64,000 nt of DNA, taken from IMG/VR virus record IMGVR_UViG_3300020198_001494, positions 31,202 through 95,201 of that record; one strand, 5' to 3'. Shown here piece by piece: positions 38,560 to 48,035 of this stretch (position 1 is its first letter; each line of letters begins with the position of its first letter). Below the pieces are notes generated by a model. It was not told the DNA's origin, did not search any database, and was given only the letters and a program-made list of their open reading frames with translations. The DNA is from a virus. Made by a program: the position numbers and the translations under genes.

Positions 38560-41500
38560 TTTCTACCTCTCCTATTTAATGAGTTCCTTTCACTATATCC
38601 ACCATGTAAAGACGCTTTCTTTCTGTAAAACGATTTATAAGATCCTGACATTGGCTTAGCTGCTTCTGCCATGGAATAAGTCCTCAAAAACTTATTTCCG
38701 TGGCTAGCTTTAAATAATGTAGCATAATGACACATTCTAGCCCAAGAATCTGATTGGTCATCAACCATACCTTCTATATCTGGTTTAGCTACAGTAGATA
38801 CATATTTAGCATGAACAGTTTCTTCAAGAGAGAAAAGTTCTTTTATAAACCGATCACTTTCGGCGGTAGAAACCGCTCCTGTAAAATGTGCTGGGTCTAT
38901 TGGTATTTTAACTTTACCCTCTATGATTAAATTATGAGCAGATTTATATACATCTGAATTTATATTTCTATTAACAAATACTAAATCTAACTGATTTACT
39001 CCGAATTTTTTCAAGTACTCTTTAAGATTAAGGCCGTAAGCTTGATCAAACCATCCTTTCACTATATAAAATTTTTTACTAATCTCTAAAATCTCTCTAG
39101 CTATGTCCTCTAACATTTGAGGATGTTGTACTAAAACTCCTGAAAAATCATAAGTATCTTGAAATCCGCTTTCATTCTGAGAATAGTAAACTCTAGAATA
39201 ATCAGTAATTAAAACATCACTCTGCCAATGTCCTATAGTTATAGCGGTTCCGTCATTTATTTGACCCACATCCATTCCTAAGAAATGGGGAACACCGAAT
39301 TCGCCACTTGTTCTAAAATGTCCAGGTATTATACAATTAACCTTAAATGCCTCTTTATCTTTTATCCAAGCTTTTCTTACGTCACCAAATTCAGCCCCAT
39401 ACTCAACCATAAATGAAGCTGGATTACGTTTATACTTAGTCATTAAATATTCTGGGTCTAAATTTTCATTCATCTCCCAAGTGGGGATCTGAAGAACTAA
39501 AATTCCAGATTTTCCGGCTTCACTCATACCTTGAAGGTATAATTTATATAATTGACCTGATCTACCTAATGGTGAGGACAGAGATATAATTTTACCTTCC
39601 TGTTTACCTTGTCTATTAACGAATGAGGTAACGGAAGGAGTTAAAGCTTCATATATCTTCTCGGATGAAGCTACGCCGCCATTATCAACCATGTGGGCGA
39701 GTTCATCCAACACTACCAGTATTGCTGAACCGCCTCGAATAGTTCTGGATAAAGATCCCCCTGTATGTCCTACAATTGACCCATCAGAAAGTGGCGTATG
39801 TTCTATCTCCCAAGGAGTTCTAAATCTTATCTCTTTCTTATGTAATTTAGCATTATACTTCTGAAGGATAGGGCAATTCATTATAATATTTTTTGTTAAA
39901 TCAAAAATTTCTGTAGCAGCATTAAGACCATTAGCTACATTAATAATTTTTATTTTACCTCCCCGCATCAAGTTATAATACTCTATTGGATCTCCTATTC
40001 CCAAAATTTTATAATATTCATAACAAGTAATAAGAGAAGTCATAGTAGAGTTATGAGAAACTATACCATTACCAACAAATTCCCCAACTTCCGGAACAAA
40101 AAAATCATATGTTGGCTCAAAAGTTTCCCATATCTCATCTATAGTATCAAAGTAAATACCTTGTATGCTAGATAAAAATTCTAAGTCTTTCTCACATCCA
40201 GATACTTCACTAAAATACTCTAATACTGTAGTCAAATTATTTGATTTTATACTATCACAGACAGAAATTCTATTTTGTTGATAATTCTCTTGAATTTTTA
40301 ACCATTTACAAGATCTTTCTTTATTTTTAAAACCTTTTCCTTCAATACTCTTCATATTTAAAATTCTACTACGTATATATGGTATTCTATCTACATTTCT
40401 ATGGTTATCCCTTTTAATTAAATAAAAACTATCTTGTTTTCTAGATAGTCCAAATCCTATATCATTAAAGAAAATAAAAGCATTTTCTGCATAAATATTT
40501 AGATCCCAACCTATTGCTTTTGTACCATCATGTTTTACATAATTTCTTGTAAATTTAGATCTATTAGATATTATACCAAAACCTAATAAAATTGTTTGTA
40601 CTTCCCTAACCAAATTACTACTAACTGATGTCAGCCTAACTCCTAAAGAGCTTATATTATTTTTATAATTTTTTGAAGAAACTGTACCATCAGTATCAAA
40701 TAATCCGATCAAAAACTCTTTTACTGTTTCTTTAGAACTATATCTAATATATTTAGGTATTTTTTTATAATGAGCGGTTACTCTTTCTAAGCCTAAGTAC
40801 TCTAAAAAACCTCTTATTCCTTTACAACTATATTTAATTACTTTTGTTTTTTTTGAATTATGATGTTGCTTTATTGGGGGCCTAAATCCAAAAATATTTT
40901 CTGTAATATTTATATAATTATTTATAATATCTACATCAGAGGATACCAAACTAATTGTGTCTTTACAACTAACATTACCATCACCTACTAAATAACCGAG
41001 AAGCCGTCCTAATTCTGGTGTTATTTTCGTAGGTATTTTATATTTTTTTCTAGATTTACTATTTGGTGAAAATCTATCAGTAATTTCTTTAGATATTTCA
41101 AGATCTTCTCCAAATTCATATTTATGTCTATCAATACATAAATAATCTCCTATAGACAGTTCCGGCATTTTCTTCCACCTCAGTTCCCCATCTTTATCCA
41201 TAACTAAAAGTGGATGAGTTTCTGAGCCGCCGAACTCGTATCCTTTGTTAGTTCTTAAATTTATTACTTTTTCTGACGGTCTTGATATACCAGCTATAAC
41301 ATTTTTATACCCAAATCTAGTTTTAATTTTAATGTTTTGTAACCCTAATATTTTTTCATCTATTACAGTAGGTAAAATTTCATTTATATATCTAAATCCC
41401 AAACCTTTAAAGTTGCTCAAAGTGGCTCCATTACAACATTTACCCGCTCTCCTACCCATAACCATTGCCATCTCTAGAAAAGGCTTTCCATCCTCTTTTA

Positions 41501-41771
41501 CGTTACATCTACCTTGACTATATAAGTATTGTAAATACTCATATTCCGTAAACTCATATAAAATTTTTTGTCTAAACTTATCAGTTACTTTTATTGTTTT
41601 ATTTACTCTATCTAATGGTATGCCATAAAACATTTTAAGTACGAATCTTTGTACCGGAAACAGTGTGCTTTTTGCCCCCCAACTAGACTCACAAAAAGAT
41701 ATAATATCCGCAATCTCAGCATCAGAGGACGTAGATACGTATTCTTTTGCTATAATGTCTGATATTTTCAT
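38556..41771 (-). CDS. terL: Terminase large subunit with intein in Walker A
   Basis: Walker A GRRAGK|S after splicing, Walker B VVLDELAH, ISLSSP, and nuclease motifs LGMDVG...DDQSD. Confidence 0.92.
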   Translation of the reverse strand: MKISDIIAKEYVSTSSDAEIADIISFCESSWGAKSTLFPVQRFVLKMFYGIPLDRVNKTIKVTDKFRQKILYEFTEYEYLQYLYSQGRCNVKEDGKPFLEMAMVMGRRAGKCCNGATLSNFKGLGFRYINEILPTVIDEKILGLQNIKIKTRFGYKNVIAGISRPSEKVINLRTNKGYEFGGSETHPLLVMDKDGELRWKKMPELSIGDYLCIDRHKYEFGEDLEISKEITDRFSPNSKSRKKYKIPTKITPELGRLLGYLVGDGNVSCKDTISLVSSDVDIINNYINITENIFGFRPPIKQHHNSKKTKVIKYSCKGIRGFLEYLGLERVTAHYKKIPKYIRYSSKETVKEFLIGLFDTDGTVSSKNYKNNISSLGVRLTSVSSNLVREVQTILLGFGIISNRSKFTRNYVKHDGTKAIGWDLNIYAENAFIFFNDIGFGLSRKQDSFYLIKRDNHRNVDRIPYIRSRILNMKSIEGKGFKNKERSCKWLKIQENYQQNRISVCDSIKSNNLTTVLEYFSEVSGCEKDLEFLSSIQGIYFDTIDEIWETFEPTYDFFVPEVGEFVGNGIVSHNSTMTSLITCYEYYKILGIGDPIEYYNLMRGGKIKIINVANGLNAATEIFDLTKNIIMNCPILQKYNAKLHKKEIRFRTPWEIEHTPLSDGSIVGHTGGSLSRTIRGGSAILVVLDELAHMVDNGGVASSEKIYEALTPSVTSFVNRQGKQEGKIISLSSPLGRSGQLYKLYLQGMSEAGKSGILVLQIPTWEMNENLDPEYLMTKYKRNPASFMVEYGAEFGDVRKAWIKDKEAFKVNCIIPGHFRTSGEFGVPHFLGMDVGQINDGTAITIGHWQSDVLITDYSRVYYSQNESGFQDTYDFSGVLVQHPQMLEDIAREILEISKKFYIVKGWFDQAYGLNLKEYLKKFGVNQLDLVFVNRNINSDVYKSAHNLIIEGKVKIPIDPAHFTGAVSTAESDRFIKELFSLEETVHAKYVSTVAKPDIEGMVDDQSDSWARMCHYATLFKASHGNKFLRTYSMAEAAKPMSGSYKSFYRKKASLHGGYSERNSLNRRGRK
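40050..41438 (-). mobile_element. TerL intein (463 aa, LAGLIDADG endonuclease)
   Basis: CCNGATL...SETHPL...LGYLVGDG...GLFDTDG...TYDFFVP...SHN|S. Confidence 0.92.
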
Positions 41772-41777
41772 ATAATA

Positions 41778-42293
41778 CTACTTACCAGAGTTTAATGACT
41801 TAGATATAACCCTCTTTTCTACCTCTTCTTCTAAATTAACCATTCTTGTATTTAATTTTTGGTAAAATACATTTATATTATTGGGTTCTACCTTTAATTC
41901 AATTAAAACGTTTTGTACTGAATCTAAAATAGATCTCACTAGTTCAGACACATATGGGCTATTAAATGAGAACTTTTCTGAAACAGAGAGTTTTTGTTGT
42001 TCTATTATAAAATCACCAAATACTTTCCAAGCTTTTACTATTTTTTCTGATATAACGGAAGTATCGGCATTTGGACTCCTCCTTTTTACATCCTCTCTCC
42101 ATGTCCTTAACTGTATAATCTCCTCTAAAATCCCAGTTACTACAAAATCTAAAGTCTCTGGAAAACTGTCTTTAGCTACTTGAAATTTTACTCTAAGACT
42201 TTCTTCGTAACGTTCTAACTCGCCACCGTCTCCGTTATAGCTATGATAACCGTTACCGTTACCGTTCCCATTTCCGTTATTACCATTCGACAT
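41778..42293 (-). CDS. Probable terminase small subunit
   Basis: Helical 171-aa protein immediately upstream of TerL; N-terminal (NG)n tract. Confidence 0.5.
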   Translation of the reverse strand: MSNGNNGNGNGNGNGYHSYNGDGGELERYEESLRVKFQVAKDSFPETLDFVVTGILEEIIQLRTWREDVKRRSPNADTSVISEKIVKAWKVFGDFIIEQQKLSVSEKFSFNSPYVSELVRSILDSVQNVLIELKVEPNNINVFYQKLNTRMVNLEEEVEKRVISKSLNSGK

Positions 42294-44025
42294 TAAACTC
42301 GTCTAATCCTTGTATATCCATTTTATCAATCTTTTTATTAACTGGTTTTATATCGATAAGGCTTGATGAGTCCAGATCTTTATAAAAAGAGTTGTATAAA
42401 TGATGATCTGCTAACACTTCTGCTGAAATAACTTCGGTAGATGATTTAATATCAGTAAAAGCTTTCTTCAGCTTTGCACATCTAAATTCTTCATTAAAAA
42501 TACAACCACTACATTTATTACCTTGTTTTATCTCCTCAGATAAGGCAAAAGATTTATTATCACAGTTATTAAATTGATCAGGAGAAGCTACTTTTGCTAC
42601 CTTCATAGCAGCATCAAAAACTTTTTTAAATTCTGGCTCTGTTAATTTACCGTTTGATGCTTTAAGCATTCTATTATAACTAGCGCCACTCTCAATAGCT
42701 TTTGCTACCTTAGGTATAAATTTATTAACATCTCTATTTTCTAATTTTACTTTTTCAGGGGTACTAGCCTTAACCCCACCTTGTCTAGTCTTAATCTCAG
42801 GTATCAATACCTCATTGAATTTCGTACCTGATAACTTACAATGAGTACCTAAATCATTAACACAACCTGAACATTTACTAGCTCTTTTAATTAAATTAGA
42901 ATTTTTAAGAGTTTTAGAATCGCATTCGTCAACATCCACAGAAACTACTGGAATATTCTTTACTACTTTACTGACTATACTATCAAAATTATACTCATCC
43001 ACTACTTTAGCTAAATTCGCTCTAATTTTTCTAACTGGTGTACCAGACTCTATATAACCTTTAACCATCTTAAATACATCATCATTAGTTTTAATCTCAA
43101 CGACTTTCTTAGGGGGTAAGGTTGCTTTTACTCCACCTTCCTTTACTTTAATATCTTTCTTATGTAAAAATGCAGTTTTTAATTTATCCCTAACTGACAA
43201 ATTTGAAACTTTATTTATAAAATTATCGTCTATCCTTTCAACAGTTTTTAAATAATCTAAGTAGCTATTTGCCACCTCATCATTTACTGATTTTGAAAAA
43301 GCTATTTTCTTTCTAAGAAGTTCACATCTTCCAATCTTATTAAAAATACAGTCATCACAGGCAAAAGTTTTTAGTACAAACTTAGCTGTTTTATTAAATT
43401 TATTAGTAAACCTTCTAGCATCTTCACAACTTTCAAATGCAGTAACATCAACATAAACATTACCCATCAATCCTTCATGATCGTCTAATAATTTTGCTCT
43501 TTTACTTGCCGTCTTGCTCCATATCTCTGAGTCCATATATTTTTTTGCTTCTGTTTCAAATGTATCCCCAGTATACCCCCTATGAAGTAATTTTTTATAA
43601 AACTGAGTAACATTTATAGATGATTTTTTAATGGGATCAAATCTGCCATTTGTTGGTGGTGACCAATGGTATAAATTATCTTTAGTAATATCGGAATGGT
43701 CCCATAAATTATTTTTCTTAATTTGAGTTACTATAGGTTCAGTGTTCTTTATTAACTTAAAAGCTCCGTAAAGAGTATCGCCCTGAAGCCATTCTTCCTC
43801 TAAATCTTTATGCACAGGAGCTATACTATGATTACTATAAAATGTTTCTGGATTAGAAAGCCAAGAATGGTCTACTATACAGCTATCGCTTATTAAGTCT
43901 GAAATATTTCCTAACGCATTTTGTGGTCCAGCACCAAATATACTATTTCCATGAACATGATCTTGTATATCTTCTATAGATATATCAAATTCATTGCTGT
44001 TTAAGCCATAATCATTAAAATTCAT
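42280..44025 (-). CDS. Protein with three Cys4 metal-binding repeats
   Basis: Three copies of C-x(14-20)-CxxC-x7-C (CDDCIFNKIGRC, CSGCVNDLGTHC, CSGCIFNEEFRC), linked by EGGVKAT and QGGVKAS. Confidence 0.6.
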   Translation of the reverse strand: MNFNDYGLNSNEFDISIEDIQDHVHGNSIFGAGPQNALGNISDLISDSCIVDHSWLSNPETFYSNHSIAPVHKDLEEEWLQGDTLYGAFKLIKNTEPIVTQIKKNNLWDHSDITKDNLYHWSPPTNGRFDPIKKSSINVTQFYKKLLHRGYTGDTFETEAKKYMDSEIWSKTASKRAKLLDDHEGLMGNVYVDVTAFESCEDARRFTNKFNKTAKFVLKTFACDDCIFNKIGRCELLRKKIAFSKSVNDEVANSYLDYLKTVERIDDNFINKVSNLSVRDKLKTAFLHKKDIKVKEGGVKATLPPKKVVEIKTNDDVFKMVKGYIESGTPVRKIRANLAKVVDEYNFDSIVSKVVKNIPVVSVDVDECDSKTLKNSNLIKRASKCSGCVNDLGTHCKLSGTKFNEVLIPEIKTRQGGVKASTPEKVKLENRDVNKFIPKVAKAIESGASYNRMLKASNGKLTEPEFKKVFDAAMKVAKVASPDQFNNCDNKSFALSEEIKQGNKCSGCIFNEEFRCAKLKKAFTDIKSSTEVISAEVLADHHLYNSFYKDLDSSSLIDIKPVNKKIDKMDIQGLDEFNVEW

Positions 44026-44034
44026 TGAATTTTC

Positions 44035-44256
44035 CTAACACTTAAATGGATCGCCACTATCATCATATAGCTGCTCTATATATGAACCGTCATCTGATAT
44101 TTTCCAAAAATCCATAGTAGACTTATGGATAAGAGTGCCATCATCAGCAACTTTTATGAAACCATCTAAATCACTTATAGATGATACCTTTATGATACCT
44201 TTCTTTTTACTTTTATCACTATTATCCATAAAACTCTCTAAAGTCTTACTAAACAA
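44035..44256 (-). CDS. Small hypothetical protein
   Basis: 73-aa ORF (FIKVA...TLIHKSTMDFWKI...IEQLYD), probably the first gene of the packaging operon. Confidence 0.55.
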   Translation of the reverse strand: MFSKTLESFMDNSDKSKKKGIIKVSSISDLDGFIKVADDGTLIHKSTMDFWKISDDGSYIEQLYDDSGDPFKC

Positions 44257-44315
44257 TTATTATATAAATATAATAAAGACCTAACTAAAAAATTTAAAAA
44301 GCACTTACAAAACAA

Positions 44316-45026
44316 CTATACATTATCTACGTCATTTTTAGACATTAAACACTCTCCGTGAAGATCTATTTCGCTTACTGGCAACCAAAAATCTGAAAGA
44401 TCCATATTTCTTGTGATATTTGGGTGATCTCTTATCAAATCAAAACATTTGAAATACGACCTATACAATAGATCTCTTTCCCCAAATATCTTTAATATGT
44501 CTAGAGCACGTAAAAGTCTGTACCTTACTTGACCTTGAGAAAAACCCATATGTCTAGCCACTGCTGACTGTGACGAAGTTTCATACATCAATAAAAGAAT
44601 TTCAGTGTATAAAGGCTCTGGCATTACTTTATCTAAATCATCTACTAATTTTATTCTATAAAATCTTGGAATGTATAATAAAAACTTTATCCTATCTATT
44701 GCTGTTTTACATCTATAACTAACTGCACCTTGCGTTATATTAAATATCTTAGCTATATCATTTTGATCCCTGTTTAAATTAAAATATAAATTTAAATAAT
44801 CCCTTTCTACTGGATCCAAATATTTCATTAACATATTAACTTTTTCCATCTGATCTGCAAAAAGCTTTCTATATTCTTCCTCTAATAAAGATGCCTCTAA
44901 ATCACACGCTTCCTGCTCTTCCTCTGTTTCCTCATCATAAATAAGAGCTTGGTCAGATCCAAACCTTGACTCAAGCTCATATGGCTCCATAGAAAAAACA
45001 AACCAGTTTGATGCCATTAAATACAC
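44316..45026 (-). CDS. Transcription regulator with two sigma70 region-4-like HTH domains
   Basis: LDPVERDYLNLYF...QNDIAKIFNITQGAVSYR and EILLLMYETSSQSAVARHMGFSQGQVRYR. No recognisable region 2. Start codon uncertain. Confidence 0.65.
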   Translation of the reverse strand: MYLMASNWFVFSMEPYELESRFGSDQALIYDEETEEEQEACDLEASLLEEEYRKLFADQMEKVNMLMKYLDPVERDYLNLYFNLNRDQNDIAKIFNITQGAVSYRCKTAIDRIKFLLYIPRFYRIKLVDDLDKVMPEPLYTEILLLMYETSSQSAVARHMGFSQGQVRYRLLRALDILKIFGERDLLYRSYFKCFDLIRDHPNITRNMDLSDFWLPVSEIDLHGECLMSKNDVDNV

Positions 45027-45106
45027 CCCAAATAAGTTATTTTAGGAAACTTTAAAATTAACATATCAATTTATTATAGAATATTTTACATATAATATAA
45101 AAAAAA

Positions 45107-45145
45107 AATAATTAAGCCCAAGATCAATACTTGGGCTTAATTATT
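45107..45145 (-). terminator. Strong intrinsic terminator after nusG-like gene
   Basis: 16-bp perfect stem AATAATTAAGCCCAAG / CTTGGGCTTAATTATT followed by a long T run on the minus strand. Confidence 0.85.
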
Positions 45146-45159
45146 AAAGCTATAAAATA

Positions 45160-45684
45160 CTATATTTCACTAAGACAAGACTGTGGAACCTCTACTAATA
45201 ATACTCTTGACGATAATTCTATTCTTACTAGGACTTTTGAAGTTTTATCTATAATTTTTACTATTTTACCTGTTAAATTTTCGTACAATCCACTACTTAT
45301 AAAAATATCTTGACCTTCTTTTATATTTGTATTTTTTATTTCACATAATAACTTATCTTTTATGCTATCAATATAAGAGTCACTTACTATTTTTACTCTC
45401 CTACCCTTATCACTATTATAAGTTGTAATAATCCTTTCTATAAAATTTGATGTTTCTAATTGAAATGGATCTGATATTTTCTCACACATTCTTATAAAGA
45501 CATAACCTGGTATAAGTGTTTTATTTATAAGAAAGCCGTCAACCTCCTCTTTATAGGAGGGAAAAAATATATCACAATCCCCTATCTTATCCTTAATTTC
45601 TTTAGCTACTAAGCTATCTGCTTGTTGTTCGCCAGCATATGATAACTGAGCTATAAACCAACCTTTTTTATTACCATCACTCAT
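45160..45684 (-). CDS. NusG/RfaH-family transcription elongation (antitermination) factor
   Basis: NGN domain WFIAQL...LIPGYVFI and KOW domain EGQDIFISSGLYENLTGKI. Confidence 0.85.
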   Translation of the reverse strand: MSDGNKKGWFIAQLSYAGEQQADSLVAKEIKDKIGDCDIFFPSYKEEVDGFLINKTLIPGYVFIRMCEKISDPFQLETSNFIERIITTYNSDKGRRVKIVSDSYIDSIKDKLLCEIKNTNIKEGQDIFISSGLYENLTGKIVKIIDKTSKVLVRIELSSRVLLVEVPQSCLSEI

Positions 45685-46936
45685 TTAACACACTCCCACC
45701 TAAAAGGCTTGCGAATTGATCCTTTGTTAACTTTTTATTATTTATATGATCTGAATTATTAGATTTTCTAGCTTTTTCTTCTAAAGAAAGATCGGTTTTA
45801 ATTTGACTAGATGAATCACTGTTAAACTTAATAAAATTATGTAATGGTGATGGTCCACTAGATATTAAATCATATAATGGAGCGGAAACTCTCATTCTAG
45901 ACTCCACTAATAATATATCTGCTATTAAAGCCTCTTGTGATAGATATGGAGGGGGGGATCCAAAAAATTTAGATATTACTAATAAGCTATCTCCAAACTG
46001 ATCATATACTGTTTTCATAAAAACATTACTTATACTACCAACACTACCATTCTTTCCATATAAATAGGAATCCTGTGCTGCTTTAGATATCCCCAAACTA
46101 ATATCTCTACTATTTTTTCTACATAATAAATTATTTAGTATACCAAGTGTTTTATTAATGTCTACAGATAAATACGCTAGTATCTCTAAAAACATTTCCT
46201 TTGTATCAAAATCAAAATAATTTCTAACTAAATTATCATCTATTATACCAAAAATACTTAATTTATCTAAAATCATTATTGCATCTCTAACATGATTTTT
46301 AGATATTATAGCTATTTTATGTATAGCCTCCAAATCATATTTTATATTCTCATTATTACAAATAAATAAAAGCCTATCAATTATGTTATTAACATCAACA
46401 AAATCAACTTGAATATCTAAACACCTACTATATAATGTAGGAAGAACCTTTTCTCTTTCTGTTGTACAAAATATAAATGAAAAGTTACCTCCGCCATCCT
46501 CAATCATCCTTAGTAAGGCCATTTGTCCTGCGGTAGATATCATGTGGTTCTCATCAATTATAAATACATAATTACTTCCACTTATTAAGTTATTTTTAAT
46601 ATCACTAACTATCTTCTTTATATCCTCTATACTACTATTTGTGGCCGCATCGAGTTCATAAAAAGACTGGTGATTCTTATTTAAGAATGATTTACAAGAA
46701 TCGCAAACTAAGCAAGGATTCCCGTCATTTTTAAAATTTTTACATAACATTCCACAAGCTAGTATTCTAGCCAAAGTGGTTTTTCCATTACCACGCATAC
46801 CCTCAAATTGATATGCGGTACTATAAACTCCCCTCTTCAGAATAGTTTTTATCACCCTTACTGCTCTATTTTGACCGACTACACCATCAAGTGTAGTCGG
46901 TCTATACTTAGAAGCAAGAGATTCTGTAGTTAGCAC
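45677..46936 (-). CDS. dnaX: DNA polymerase III gamma/tau-like clamp loader
   Basis: LASKYRP...VVGQ, Walker A GMRGNGKTT, zinc module PCLVCDSC, ELDAA, IIDENHM and SRC. Confidence 0.9.
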   Translation of the reverse strand: MLTTESLASKYRPTTLDGVVGQNRAVRVIKTILKRGVYSTAYQFEGMRGNGKTTLARILACGMLCKNFKNDGNPCLVCDSCKSFLNKNHQSFYELDAATNSSIEDIKKIVSDIKNNLISGSNYVFIIDENHMISTAGQMALLRMIEDGGGNFSFIFCTTEREKVLPTLYSRCLDIQVDFVDVNNIIDRLLFICNNENIKYDLEAIHKIAIISKNHVRDAIMILDKLSIFGIIDDNLVRNYFDFDTKEMFLEILAYLSVDINKTLGILNNLLCRKNSRDISLGISKAAQDSYLYGKNGSVGSISNVFMKTVYDQFGDSLLVISKFFGSPPPYLSQEALIADILLVESRMRVSAPLYDLISSGPSPLHNFIKFNSDSSSQIKTDLSLEEKARKSNNSDHINNKKLTKDQFASLLGGSVLNE

Positions 46937-46940
46937 TCTA

Positions 46941-47993
46941 CTAATTAACTTTAAAATCTAATTGAAGAAGATCTCCTGCAAATCTTTCATATTTAACTCT
47001 CTGATCTGTAGGCAATTCCTTAGCAGCATTAGTTATATTATTAACTACTTGCCAAAGATTTTCTGATAAAGACGCCCTACCTTCAACCATTTCCATAAAT
47101 TTTGGATTTAATCCCCTTTGAGTTTTAAATTTATTAAATAAACTACGAACATCAGAATTTGTTACTTTTTCTTCAACAGACTTTCTTAAATTACCTAAAC
47201 TAACACTTAAATCATTGTTCATTCTTTCTAATGAATTAGATAGAATTCCAGAAAGATCGGATGTTGCTACACCTTTATAATTACTACTGAAATACGGCTT
47301 ACCGCCATATTTTACAATAAGACCGTTATCGCAAACTGGTCTATAAATCAACGAATCCAATACAAACTTACTAACACCAAGCTCAGATGTTTTAATATGA
47401 AGACCAAGATGACATACCTCACCGTCACCAGGATCAAACTTTTCCTCTAAAGAAACCCTAAAATTTAACACAGAGTCTAGAAAATCAGTTCCCTTAACGA
47501 AAGTAAGCTCCGCTGATTTAAAAGTATCTCTAACTAAGTCAAGTATATCTATGTTATTAACAATAGAAACATCATAATCCACTATAGCCCTAACATAATT
47601 TACGCTATTCTTTTTAAAAACTCGAAATAATTTATGATCTCCGTGTGTACCATTACTTTTTTCTTCAGCTTGTTTAAGAGTCTCTGATAACCAGAAATCC
47701 ATTATATCATCATTTAGATAATTTGGATTCCTTTTTAGGAAATCAAATGGAACTTTAACTATTTTACAAAGCTGTCTAATCGGTGTATCGCCATATAAAA
47801 CGTACTGATCGTTATTAGATCTATCTACAAGAGTGTGTCCTAAATCTTTATCATGTACATATCTAAAGTCCCTTAGATAAAGGTACTTATCTTCTGTTAC
47901 CTCTTTAGTTTTACTAAACTTTTTTATAAGTGCCTCAAAATCAAGGCTCTCACTTACGTTATCAGCTACACTAACCATACATTTCCTCCACAA
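46941..47993 (-). CDS. DUF932-like protein
   Basis: YVRAIV...IYRPVCDNGLI...LWQVVNNIT pattern. Confidence 0.6.
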   Translation of the reverse strand: MWRKCMVSVADNVSESLDFEALIKKFSKTKEVTEDKYLYLRDFRYVHDKDLGHTLVDRSNNDQYVLYGDTPIRQLCKIVKVPFDFLKRNPNYLNDDIMDFWLSETLKQAEEKSNGTHGDHKLFRVFKKNSVNYVRAIVDYDVSIVNNIDILDLVRDTFKSAELTFVKGTDFLDSVLNFRVSLEEKFDPGDGEVCHLGLHIKTSELGVSKFVLDSLIYRPVCDNGLIVKYGGKPYFSSNYKGVATSDLSGILSNSLERMNNDLSVSLGNLRKSVEEKVTNSDVRSLFNKFKTQRGLNPKFMEMVEGRASLSENLWQVVNNITNAAKELPTDQRVKYERFAGDLLQLDFKVN

Positions 47994-48004
47994 AGGTTTT
48001 CCTC

Positions 48005-48016
48005 ATCTAATTATAG
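48005..48016 (-). promoter_or_regulatory. Promoter motif CTATAATTAGAT (copy 1)
   Basis: Exact 12-mer shared with 48723-48734 and 50643-50654; TTGATC lies 12 nt upstream of the TATAAT. Confidence 0.65.
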
Positions 48017-48035
48017 CACTGATAAATGATCAAAT

